32,000 nucleotides of DNA from positions 1,500,001-1,532,000 of the forward strand of contig OW818675.1 in the NCBI GenBank assembly GCA_942493095.1. Direction: 5' to 3'. Source of the DNA: Candidatus Electronema halotolerans. GTDB taxonomy: Bacteria; Desulfobacterota; Desulfobulbia; Desulfobulbales; Desulfobulbaceae. The notes beneath the pieces were generated by a model. The model did no database searches, had not been told where the DNA came from, and worked only from the letters and a program-made list of their open reading frames with translations. Shown piece by piece: positions 24,622 through 31,625 of the stretch. The translations under genes were made by a program, and so were the position numbers. The stretch's first letter is position 1, and each line of letters opens with the position of its first letter.

Positions 24622-24659
24622 ACTCTCTGAGTATTTTCTATCCACTGAGTAGATACTTT

Positions 24660-25523
24660 TTACTCATTTGCAGGGCAACGTATCGTCTCTGCCAGCCGCT
24701 GCCCGGATGCGATCTCCGCCTTGTCCCAGACCACGCAGCGGCGCAGCTCCGCGCCTGCCCCAATCTTCGCGCCCGGCCCGATCACGCCCCAGTCCAATAA
24801 TCTCACCCCGCTGCCAATCTCCGCGCTTTCGCTGATCAGCCAAGCAGGTGATTTGTTTTCCAGCAGGCGGCGGTGCAGGTCAAGATAGTCTGCTGGTGTG
24901 CCAATGTCCTGCCAGAAGCAGCCGTCTGTGCGGATGAAGCCGATCTGCCCGGCCTGCGCCAGCCGCTCATAGAGGTCAATGATATGAAAAAATCCTTGAG
25001 CCGGAATCTGTTCCAGTACCTCTGGGTTGAGAACATGAATGCCGGTGAAGGCAAGGACCTGCTCTCCCGCTCCTGCCCGGCCAAAGCCGCAGACCCGGCT
25101 CTCCCGCACCCGCACCATGTTGAAGCGGGGACAGTCATGCAGGGCCATTGTCACGGGCAGGCCGCTTTTCTTATGCGCCGCCAGCAGGCTGCGCAGATCA
25201 ATATCGTGATACAAATCGCCGTTCATGACCAGCACAGGTTCATCCGCAAAGTTCGGCAATGCCTTGCGCAAGCCGCCGCCGGTGCCCAGCACCTCCTGCT
25301 CGTGCTGAAGAATCACTTCCGGCCTGTCAGCAACCGCAGCGGCAAGCTGATCAGCAAGATAATGGCAGTTGACCACCACCCGTTCGCAGCCAGCCTGGGT
25401 CAGTTTGTCTAAAAGAAGATGCAGCAGAGGCGTGTTGCAGATGGGGAAAAGCGGCTTGGGCCGGACAAGGCTGTATGGACGGAGCCGGGTGCCGAACCCG
25501 GCAGCCAAAAGCATGGCCTGCAT
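24660..25523 (-). CDS. Sugar-phosphate nucleotidyltransferase (NTP_transferase family)
   Basis: 287-aa ORF whose N-terminus MQAMLLAAGFGTRLRPYSLVRPKPLFPI carries the G-x-G-T-R-L signature of NDP-sugar pyrophosphorylases. The C-terminus looks like a short left-handed beta-helix (GSGVRLLDWGVIGPGAKIGAGAEL). Confidence 0.85.
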   Translation of the reverse strand: MQAMLLAAGFGTRLRPYSLVRPKPLFPICNTPLLHLLLDKLTQAGCERVVVNCHYLADQLAAAVADRPEVILQHEQEVLGTGGGLRKALPNFADEPVLVMNGDLYHDIDLRSLLAAHKKSGLPVTMALHDCPRFNMVRVRESRVCGFGRAGAGEQVLAFTGIHVLNPEVLEQIPAQGFFHIIDLYERLAQAGQIGFIRTDGCFWQDIGTPADYLDLHRRLLENKSPAWLISESAEIGSGVRLLDWGVIGPGAKIGAGAELRRCVVWDKAEIASGQRLAETIRCPANE

Positions 25524-25526
25524 GTT

Positions 25527-26642
25527 TCAGAGGGAATTGCTGTTGGAGGAGGGCGGCACGATCCCGTGCTCACCGTAATGTTTGACAATGTTGACGACCA
25601 TCTGCTTGAGGCCGTACTTGGCGGCAATGGCCTGCCGCTGCCGGGCAATCTGCGCTTCATCGCGGGCAAGATCTGCGGCCAGCTCCACGATGCCCTGTCG
25701 GGCGGCAGCAGTGTCGCCGTAAGCAACCGTTCTGTACTTGCGGACAAATTCCAGCGGCTCCAAGATGGAAGGAGTGCGGCAGGTGAGCAGAGGCAGGCCA
25801 TAGAGCAGGCCCTGTATGAAGGACTGGGAAATGCCTTCTGTTTCGTAGGAGGAAAAGAAAATCATATCCATTGCTGAAAAGTACCGCTCCGGGTCCTCGC
25901 GATGGCCGGTGAGGATGAAACGGTGCGTCACGCCCGCCTTGGCAAGTTCCTCTTCCAGCAGGGCGCGGCCATTGCCGCCGCCGACAATCATGAACTTGAA
26001 CTGCTCTGGCAGCAGGGCCGCTGTCTTGGCAATAAAGTCATGGCCCTTGTAATGGCGGAGAAAGGCTACGTTGCCGATTAGAATATCCGCATCACTGAGC
26101 TGATGCTGCTGCCGGATTTCCTCCCGGTCACGGGCCGAGAAGCAGAAGCGTTCTTCATCCACGCCCGTGGATTGGACAACAATTTTTTCCGGGCGCACCC
26201 CCTGCCCTGCCAGCTGTTCGGCAATGGCCTCGCTGCAAGCAAAGATCAGATGGGGAAAGGCGTTGTAGCTCAAGGAGGAAGAGACCGGGGCCAGCACATG
26301 GCGGGTGCGGGCGATCAAGGGCACTTGACAGAGGCGGGCTGCGGCACCTGCCATCCATGAATCCTCGGAAGAATGGGTGTTGAGCACTGCGGGCCGCAGC
26401 CGCCGGAGAAGCCGGAACAGTTGCAGCCAAGCTCCAAGATTGAATTTGGAGGAAAAATCAATGTAATACACCGGCATGCCCTCTTGCGCACAACGGCTGG
26501 CCAGCTCCGCGCCCTCCCGCACGATCAGGGCGGTGCGGAAGCCGAGCCGCCGCATTTCGCGCAGCTCGGTCAGGGTGCGGATTTCCTGACCGCCCCAAGA
26601 GCGGGACCAGTCTGTATGGGCGATGAGCGGCGGCATCTTCAT
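25527..26642 (-). CDS. Glycosyltransferase family 4 (GT-B, group 1)
   Basis: 371-aa ORF. The N-terminal Glyco_trans_4-like region reads WGGQEIRTLTELREMRRLGF. The C-terminal group-1 region carries an E-x7-type motif (SSYETEGISQSFIQGLLYGLPLL). Its ATG immediately follows the TGA stop of the upstream kinase gene. Confidence 0.85.
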   Translation of the reverse strand: MKMPPLIAHTDWSRSWGGQEIRTLTELREMRRLGFRTALIVREGAELASRCAQEGMPVYYIDFSSKFNLGAWLQLFRLLRRLRPAVLNTHSSEDSWMAGAAARLCQVPLIARTRHVLAPVSSSLSYNAFPHLIFACSEAIAEQLAGQGVRPEKIVVQSTGVDEERFCFSARDREEIRQQHQLSDADILIGNVAFLRHYKGHDFIAKTAALLPEQFKFMIVGGGNGRALLEEELAKAGVTHRFILTGHREDPERYFSAMDMIFFSSYETEGISQSFIQGLLYGLPLLTCRTPSILEPLEFVRKYRTVAYGDTAAARQGIVELAADLARDEAQIARQRQAIAAKYGLKQMVVNIVKHYGEHGIVPPSSNSNSL

Positions 26643-28049
26643 TCAGCACTGCTCAATAGCAGAAATCATGGGCAGAATGAAATAAAAATTATTGCCCTCC
26701 GGGGTGCGCTCATAGCCGACAATGCCGCCGTGCAGCTCAATCACATGCTGGACAAAGGAGAGACCGTGGCCAGTGCCATGAATTCCTTCCGTGTCCTTGC
26801 CGCGCACGCCTTCCTGAAAAATTTGCCGCGCCTCTTCCCTGGCCAAGTGTGGCCCTGTGCTGAAGACATTGAACTTGATACCCAGCTCGCCCTGTTCCGG
26901 GAAGTTGTCAACCAGCTCGCGACCATACGCCACAGCCTTGCGCTTCCTGCCCGCATGGGTGGTGATTTCACGGGCATACTTGGCCGCATTGGAAAACAGA
27001 TTGGCATAGACCTGCGAGAGCAGACCAATGTCAACAAAGAGCTGAAACTCCTCCTCTATCATGTTGTTTGGCCGCTCCACTGCAATGTCGGCGGAGCTGA
27101 AGCGACCGGCATAATGCTCCAGCTGGGGCAGGATGATTTCCTTTTCGACAAAGCAGCGTTTGGGATGGAGAACAAAGCGGCCGCTTTCAAAATGCTCGCG
27201 CCGGAACAGGCTCTCTAAAAACATGCTGATGTTATAATGATGCTTGACCAGCTCGCCATGATGAAACATCAGGCCCTCGCGCAGCTCCTCACAGCGGGCA
27301 AGACAGTGCTTCATCTCCTGCGCTGTCCCTGAGGCCGCTTTGCGGATGTCTTCGCGCAGCTCTTCCAGTTCATTGATGCTTCTGCGCAGCTTGCTGAAAA
27401 GGTGGAGAAAGTACATGTTGGGCACAATCACATTGTGCTCAATGTCCGTGACCAAGGTGTTGATGAACTTGAGATGTTCAATGTTCTGCAGGGCCATCAG
27501 CCGGTTGTGCAGGCTGTAGCCGATCCGGTTGCTGTATTTGATGAAAAAAAAACGGTCGCTCTTGGACAGCTTCTCATAAGGCGAGATGCTGTACATGCCC
27601 AGCACCCGGCTGCCGCCATGCAGCCAGCCCGTGCTGTGGCAGAGCGGCCCTTCTGCCGGATGCTCGTCAGGCCGCTGCGGTTCAGGCGGGGCCTTGCTGT
27701 AAATCGGCATCACAAAGCTGTCATTGACCCGGTACGCCTCGCTGCTGAGAACAATTTCCGGCGGCGCAGGCTCCTTCTGCTGATAGACCCCTTCCTCGCA
27801 GTCGCAGATCAGGCACAGCTCCTGCTCCTTGTCGTTGTGCAGATACAAGGCGCTGGAAATGTCAAGCATTTCCTTGGGAACTGCCACGCAGATCCGGTAA
27901 AAGTCATTCAGTGAGTCGTATTCTTGGGCCAGATCAAAGAAGGCTTTGAGAAAATCATCAAAATAGCAGGTGAAGTTGTACTGCTCATAGCTGGCGGATT
28001 TTTCCCGCACCCGCTGGCGCATTTTCAGCAAATCAGGACAGTCGTGCAT
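26643..28049 (-). CDS. Cytoplasmic sensor histidine kinase (GAF-like N-terminus, DHp, HATPase_c); no cognate response regulator in the window
   Basis: The start is trimmed to the ATG at 28049 (468 aa) because the track ORF start at 28208 would overlap purN by 143 nt. The ATP-binding boxes are N box LSQVYANLFSNAAKYA and G boxes GTGHGLSFVQHVIELHGG. The candidate phospho-acceptor His lies in FINTLVTDIEHNVIVP. No transmembrane segment is evident. Confidence 0.75.
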   Translation of the reverse strand: MHDCPDLLKMRQRVREKSASYEQYNFTCYFDDFLKAFFDLAQEYDSLNDFYRICVAVPKEMLDISSALYLHNDKEQELCLICDCEEGVYQQKEPAPPEIVLSSEAYRVNDSFVMPIYSKAPPEPQRPDEHPAEGPLCHSTGWLHGGSRVLGMYSISPYEKLSKSDRFFFIKYSNRIGYSLHNRLMALQNIEHLKFINTLVTDIEHNVIVPNMYFLHLFSKLRRSINELEELREDIRKAASGTAQEMKHCLARCEELREGLMFHHGELVKHHYNISMFLESLFRREHFESGRFVLHPKRCFVEKEIILPQLEHYAGRFSSADIAVERPNNMIEEEFQLFVDIGLLSQVYANLFSNAAKYAREITTHAGRKRKAVAYGRELVDNFPEQGELGIKFNVFSTGPHLAREEARQIFQEGVRGKDTEGIHGTGHGLSFVQHVIELHGGIVGYERTPEGNNFYFILPMISAIEQC

Positions 28050-28065
28050 GATTTCGCCTGCTGCG

Positions 28066-28659
28066 TTAAAGTGAGGGCGCAGCTTGTCCCCTGTTCCAGA
28101 AATGCTCCGCGCCCAGTTCATCGACCAGATTGACCGCCTCCGGGTAGGCCTCGCATTCAGCGGCGAAAACCCGGGCCGCAATGGCATCGGCAGTGCCGCA
28201 GTCAGCAATGCTGACGCAGCGTTGCAGGACTATCGGGCCGTCATCATAGACCTCATTGGCGAAATGGACCGTGCAGCCGCTCACGGTGCAGCCTTTGGCC
28301 AAGACCGCCTCATGCACATGATGGCCGTAAAAGCCTGGGCCGCAGAAGGCGGGAATCAGGGCGGGATGAATGTTGAGCACCCGCTGCTGCAAGGCCTCCG
28401 GCGGCTGATAGAGCTTGAGATAACCGGCCAAGACAATCAGGTCAATGTCATAATCCGCCAGAATCGCGTTGACCGCCGGATTGCCGTTCGCATGAAAGGC
28501 TGGATAGCCGTATCGCCGCGCTTTTTCCAAACCTAAGGCATCAGCCGCATTGGAGATCACCACCTGAATTTGTGCTCGCAGGCTGCCCTGTTCAATCCGC
28601 TGGTGAAAGTTGTCCAGCGTCCTGCCGGAGCCGGACAGCAGCACCGCCATCTTCTGCAT
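28066..28659 (-). CDS. purN: Phosphoribosylglycinamide formyltransferase PurN
   Basis: 197-aa ORF. It starts MQKMAVLLSGSGRTLDNF and contains IDLIVLAGYLKL and VLNIHPALIPAFCGPGFYGHHVHEAVLAKGCTVSGCTVHFA..YDDGPIVLQ. These include the conserved N-H-D catalytic pattern of PurN. Confidence 0.9.
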   Translation of the reverse strand: MQKMAVLLSGSGRTLDNFHQRIEQGSLRAQIQVVISNAADALGLEKARRYGYPAFHANGNPAVNAILADYDIDLIVLAGYLKLYQPPEALQQRVLNIHPALIPAFCGPGFYGHHVHEAVLAKGCTVSGCTVHFANEVYDDGPIVLQRCVSIADCGTADAIAARVFAAECEAYPEAVNLVDELGAEHFWNRGQAAPSL

Positions 28660-29280
28660 TTATTTTCCCTCGAAATAGGGGTTGCTGTCAACATCGACCT
28701 GAGTCAGCCAGTCGGCAATGGCCGTGTCGTAGGAAGAAGTAAGCTGGAAGACCTTGACTGCCAAGCGGAAACGGGTTTTCAGAGTGGTGTTGCCTGCAGC
28801 GCGAATCTCGGCCAGCACTTGGGCATAGTCTGCCGGATCAACGATCACGGTCACGTCGTGGAAATTCTTGGCTGAGGCCCGGAGCAGGGTCGGGCCGCCA
28901 ATGTCAATGTTCTCAATCGCCTCAGCCAAGGGACAATTCGGATTGGCCACGGTCTTGGCAAAGGCGTAGAGATTGACCGCAACAATATCAATCGGTTTGA
29001 TGCCATGTTCAGCGCACTGCTGCTGATGATCGGCATTTTCCCGCTGGTTGAGGATGCCGCCATGCACTAAAGGATGCAGGGTCTTGACTCTGCCGTCCAG
29101 CATCTCCGGGAAGCCGGTGAAGTCAGACACATCTTTGACCGGCACGCCGTTATCGCGCAGCTTCTTGGCTGTGCCGCCGGTGGAAAGTATTTCAATACCC
29201 AGCTCGGTCAATGCCTTGGCAAAATCCTCAATCCCGGACTTGTCAGTCAGGCTGATCAGGGCGCGTTCTGCTTTTTTCAT
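28660..29280 (-). CDS. purH: IMP cyclohydrolase, stand-alone (PurH N-terminal MGS-like domain only; no AICAR transformylase domain)
   Basis: 206-aa [78 protein letters not shown] is the highly conserved PurH IMPCH domain. The ORF ends after about 200 aa, and purN starts at the next base. An AGGAGA RBS lies upstream. Confidence 0.85.
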   Translation of the reverse strand: MKKAERALISLTDKSGIEDFAKALTELGIEILSTGGTAKKLRDNGVPVKDVSDFTGFPEMLDGRVKTLHPLVHGGILNQRENADHQQQCAEHGIKPIDIVAVNLYAFAKTVANPNCPLAEAIENIDIGGPTLLRASAKNFHDVTVIVDPADYAQVLAEIRAAGNTTLKTRFRLAVKVFQLTSSYDTAIADWLTQVDVDSNPYFEGK

Positions 29281-29333
29281 GGTGCATGTCTCCTATTATT
29301 GTGTAGTGTCAGGTTGTCGGATGCCAGCGCGGA

Positions 29334-29534
29334 TCATCGCATCTGTCTCAGCATACGCACGTCGTGGGCATTCAAAATGGTCAGGATGTCAGCCTCATTG
29401 AAATTCGGGTGCATCCGGGCGATGTCGGCGGCAATGTCTTTCCGGCCCGCTGTGTTGCGCGGCATGAAGCGAATCCAGTAGGACTGCGGCGTGGTGAGCG
29501 CGTTGACTTCAGGCCGCCATTGAATCGTTGCCAT
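29334..29534 (-). CDS. Small 66-aa protein resembling the N-terminal part of HU-like DNA-binding domain proteins; possibly a truncated remnant
   Basis: A strong RBS AAGGAG lies 7 nt before the ATG. The sequence is MATIQWRPEVNALTTPQSYWIRFMPRNTAGRKDIAADIARMHPNFNEADILTILNAHDVRMLRQMR. The pattern (a target described in the first 25 aa, then ..iA.eia......n..dv..vl) recalls Bacteroides-type HU-like domains. The assignment rests on memory of that family and is weak. Confidence 0.5.
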   Translation of the reverse strand: MATIQWRPEVNALTTPQSYWIRFMPRNTAGRKDIAADIARMHPNFNEADILTILNAHDVRMLRQMR

Positions 29535-29592
29535 AGCTTTTCTCCTTGGGAAGGAACTGCATGATATGAGTGCGGAAGATCACAACCGGCAT

Positions 29593-29621
29593 ATCCTACG
29601 CCGCCTGCCCGCATTTGTCAA
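29593..29621 (-). promoter_or_regulatory. Candidate sigma70-type promoter upstream of the small ORF, and possibly of the purH-purN block
   Basis: On the minus strand the -35 is a consensus TTGACA (29621..29616). A 17-nt spacer separates it from -10 TAGGAT (29598..29593). The promoter lies about 60 nt upstream of the ATG at 29534. Confidence 0.45.
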
Positions 29622-29650
29622 GAACATGCGCAGGCTGGCCTGCGGCTCCT

Positions 29651-29817
29651 GTACATGCAGAGATGTGCTCCGGCATACATCTACAGATGTGCTGGGTCGT
29701 ACATGCAGAGATGTGCTGCCCGCGCAAGGAGACATGTGCTGGGGTGTACATGCAGCCATGAACGGCGAGCACATCTGCACATGTGCTGCGGCTCTGAGGA
29801 GAGATGTGCGGACGGGC
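29651..29817. repeat. Array of seven degenerate 23-24-bp tandem repeats (core AGATGTGCT / ACATGTGCT)
   Basis: Units start at about 29651, 29675, 29699, 29723, 29746, 29770 and 29794. Units 1 and 3 share an identical 19-mer, GTACATGCAGAGATGTGCT. Unit 6 contains the near-palindrome AGCACATCTGCACATGTGCT. The array is non-coding by context, lying between the TPR stop and the small-ORF promoter. Confidence 0.7.
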
Positions 29818-29861
29818 TGGTGTGCCTATTGCCTGCCGCATTCCGCAGGGACAATGAATGC

Positions 29862-29885
29862 AGGGACAATTCATGAATTGTCCCT
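29862..29885. repeat. Perfect 24-nt palindrome AGGGACAATTCATGAATTGTCCCT, 14 nt downstream of the TPR gene stop
   Basis: The sequence is self-complementary over all 24 nt. It is preceded by a direct repeat of GCAGGGACAAT (29845..29855 and 29860..29870). No U-tract follows on the minus strand. Confidence 0.6.
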
Positions 29886-29898
29886 ACGGCCTACGACC

Positions 29899-31215
29899 CT
29901 ACCGGCCCCGCAGCTTGGCGCGAATGTCTGCCAATCCCTCGCGCCATTCCTCCAGAAGGGGATGACCAATCTCCTCGGCAAGCTGCACCGCCCGGCTGAT
30001 GTGCTGCTCCGCCTCAGCAAGGTAGCCCTGATCTTCGTAGGTCAGGCCAATATTCCAGCTTGTCACCGCTTCGCCCGCCTTGTCGCCGATCTTTTGGCTG
30101 ATGACCAAGCTCTGCTCCAGATACTTGAGGGCCGCAGCGTAGTCGCCCCGCGCAGAGTAAATCAGGCTGATGTTGTTCAGCGTCACAGCTTCCCCGCGCC
30201 TGTCGCCGATCTCTTGGCTGATGACCAAGCTCTGCTCCAGATACTTGAGGGCCGCAGCGTAGTCGCCCCGCGCCCAGTGAATCCCGGCGATGTTGTTCAG
30301 CGTCGTGCCTTCGCCCGCCCGCCCGCCGATCTCTTGGCTGATGACCAAGCTCTGCTCCAGATACTTGAGGGCCGCAGCGTAGTCGCCCCGCGCCTTGTAA
30401 ATCTGGCTGATGTTGTTCAGCGTCGTGCCTTCGCCCGCCCGGTCGCCGATCTCTTTGCAGATGTCCAAGCTCTGCTCCAGATACTTGAGGGCCGCAGCGT
30501 AGTCGCCCCGCGCATCGTAAATCTGGCTGATGTTGTTCAGCGTCGCGCCTTCGCCCGCCCTGTGGCCAATCTCTTGGTCAATAGCCAAGCTCTGCTCATA
30601 CAGGGGCAGGGCCTTCGTGTACTCAGCAATGCGGTCAAGGTCAAAGGCTGCCTTGTGCAGATAGAGCGACCTGTCCTTCTTCTCCTCCTCCGGCAGCAGG
30701 GCGGCGGCCTTCTGCCAGTACTCGGCAGCCTTGGCATAGCGCAACTGGATTCCTTGCAGCTTGGCTTGGTCGGCATTGGTTGCCGCAGCGGAGATGCGCC
30801 GCTGGCGGGCGGCCTGCTCCAGCTCCTCAATGGCCTGCACATCGCGGGCCTCGGCCTGGTTCAGCAGCTCCTCGGCCTCAGCGTACTTGCCCGCCTCAAT
30901 CGCCTGCCTGGCCCCATCCTTCAGCCGCCGAACTTCTTGGTCTTCGGACTGCACAAATTCCAGCCGCGCCAGCAGTTCCTTGTACTGGGCGGCTATGTCC
31001 CGCAGCTTGCTGTCCAAATCCCCCAGAGGAACCTGCTGCTCCTCCAGTATCTTGAAGAAGCTGGCAAGGGCGGTCTCGGTCACGGCCAGCTTGCCTGCGT
31101 ACTCGGCAAAGACTTCCGGGGAAATGCCGTAATTATTGACCTGCTTGCCGATGGCACCATCGCCCTGCGCAACATTCTGCTCGCCAGGGCCGCTGTTGTG
31201 GAATTGGTCAGTCAT
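29899..31215 (-). CDS. TPR-repeat protein (TPR_12 / kinesin-light-chain-type repeats) with an N-terminal coiled-coil region
   Basis: 438-aa ORF. It has five consecutive 40-aa repeats of the form EIGDRAGEGTTLNNISQIYKARGDYAAALKYLEQSLVISQ. The N-terminal roughly 190 aa is rich in charged heptad-like sequence. Its ATG overlaps the VapC stop (ATGA at 31215..31212). Confidence 0.9.
   Translation of the reverse strand: MTDQFHNSGPGEQNVAQGDGAIGKQVNNYGISPEVFAEYAGKLAVTETALASFFKILEEQQVPLGDLDSKLRDIAAQYKELLARLEFVQSEDQEVRRLKDGARQAIEAGKYAEAEELLNQAEARDVQAIEELEQAARQRRISAAATNADQAKLQGIQLRYAKAAEYWQKAAALLPEEEKKDRSLYLHKAAFDLDRIAEYTKALPLYEQSLAIDQEIGHRAGEGATLNNISQIYDARGDYAAALKYLEQSLDICKEIGDRAGEGTTLNNISQIYKARGDYAAALKYLEQSLVISQEIGGRAGEGTTLNNIAGIHWARGDYAAALKYLEQSLVISQEIGDRRGEAVTLNNISLIYSARGDYAAALKYLEQSLVISQKIGDKAGEAVTSWNIGLTYEDQGYLAEAEQHISRAVQLAEEIGHPLLEEWREGLADIRAKLRGR
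30061..30600. repeat. About 4.5 copies of a 120-bp tandem repeat inside the TPR gene
   Basis: The periodicity is exactly 120 bp. A 49-bp tract, CCAAGCTCTGCTCCAGATACTTGAGGGCCGCAGCGTAGTCGCCCCGCGC, is identical in four copies. These start at 30105, 30225, 30345 and 30465. Confidence 0.9.
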
Positions 31216-31625
31216 GGTTCCTCCGCATCGCCCCGGCAGAGCAGCAGCCCCTCAACATGAGCAAAATGCTTGTCTAAAGTGCAGAGCGGCAGGCTGTGCT
31301 GCAAGGCGGACGCAGCTATCCAGATGTCATTGGTCGGAATTGGCTTGCCTTGCCGCCTGAGCTGGTTGAGGACAGCGCTGTAATGCTCGGCAGTTTCCTT
31401 ATTCACCGGATATAGAGCAACCCTTGGCGAATCAAGAAAGATGCCCAGTTCCTGCCTGTTCTTCTCCTCTCTGCCGCCTGCGCGGAAGCCGGAGAGCAGC
31501 TCGCCGATAGAGACGGATGAGATGCCGATGTGTTCAACCCGGCGCAGCAGGCTGACTATCTCCGCATCGCCCCGCATGGCGGCAGAGTACACGTTGGTGT
31601 CAATCAGGATTCTGTTCACCGCCAC
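31212..31625 (-). CDS. vapC: PIN-domain ribonuclease toxin (VapC family)
   Basis: The sequence ..NRILIDTNVYSAAMRGD...ISSVSIGELLSGF...PTNDIWIAASALQHSLPLCTLDKHFAHV has the conserved PIN acidic residues (DTN, E, ND.WIA, D.HF). The track start is a GTG at 31625. An alternative GTG at 31619 would give the classical GTGA overlap with the antitoxin stop. Confidence 0.85.
   Translation of the reverse strand: MAVNRILIDTNVYSAAMRGDAEIVSLLRRVEHIGISSVSIGELLSGFRAGGREEKNRQELGIFLDSPRVALYPVNKETAEHYSAVLNQLRRQGKPIPTNDIWIAASALQHSLPLCTLDKHFAHVEGLLLCRGDAEEP

Noticed and set aside
28050-28208. The N-terminal extension of the histidine kinase ORF (track start 28208).
   Set aside because: It would overlap purN by 143 nt in another frame, and its sequence (MLTAALPMPLRPGFSPLNARPTRRRS) is shadow-like. 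The ATG at 28049 lies just downstream of the purN stop.
29651-29817. The 24-bp repeat array considered as a CRISPR array.
   Set aside because: The units are contiguous with no unique spacers, and they are degenerate rather than near-identical. No cas genes are nearby.
29566-31260. A 564-aa plus-strand ORF spanning the whole TPR locus.
   Set aside because: It is exactly antisense to a minus-strand ORF with an unmistakable TPR repeat structure. Its own translation is a monotonous L/A/R/V/Q-rich repeat (ADLLADDQALLQILEGRSVVAPR). This is a typical open antisense frame of a GC-rich repeat gene.
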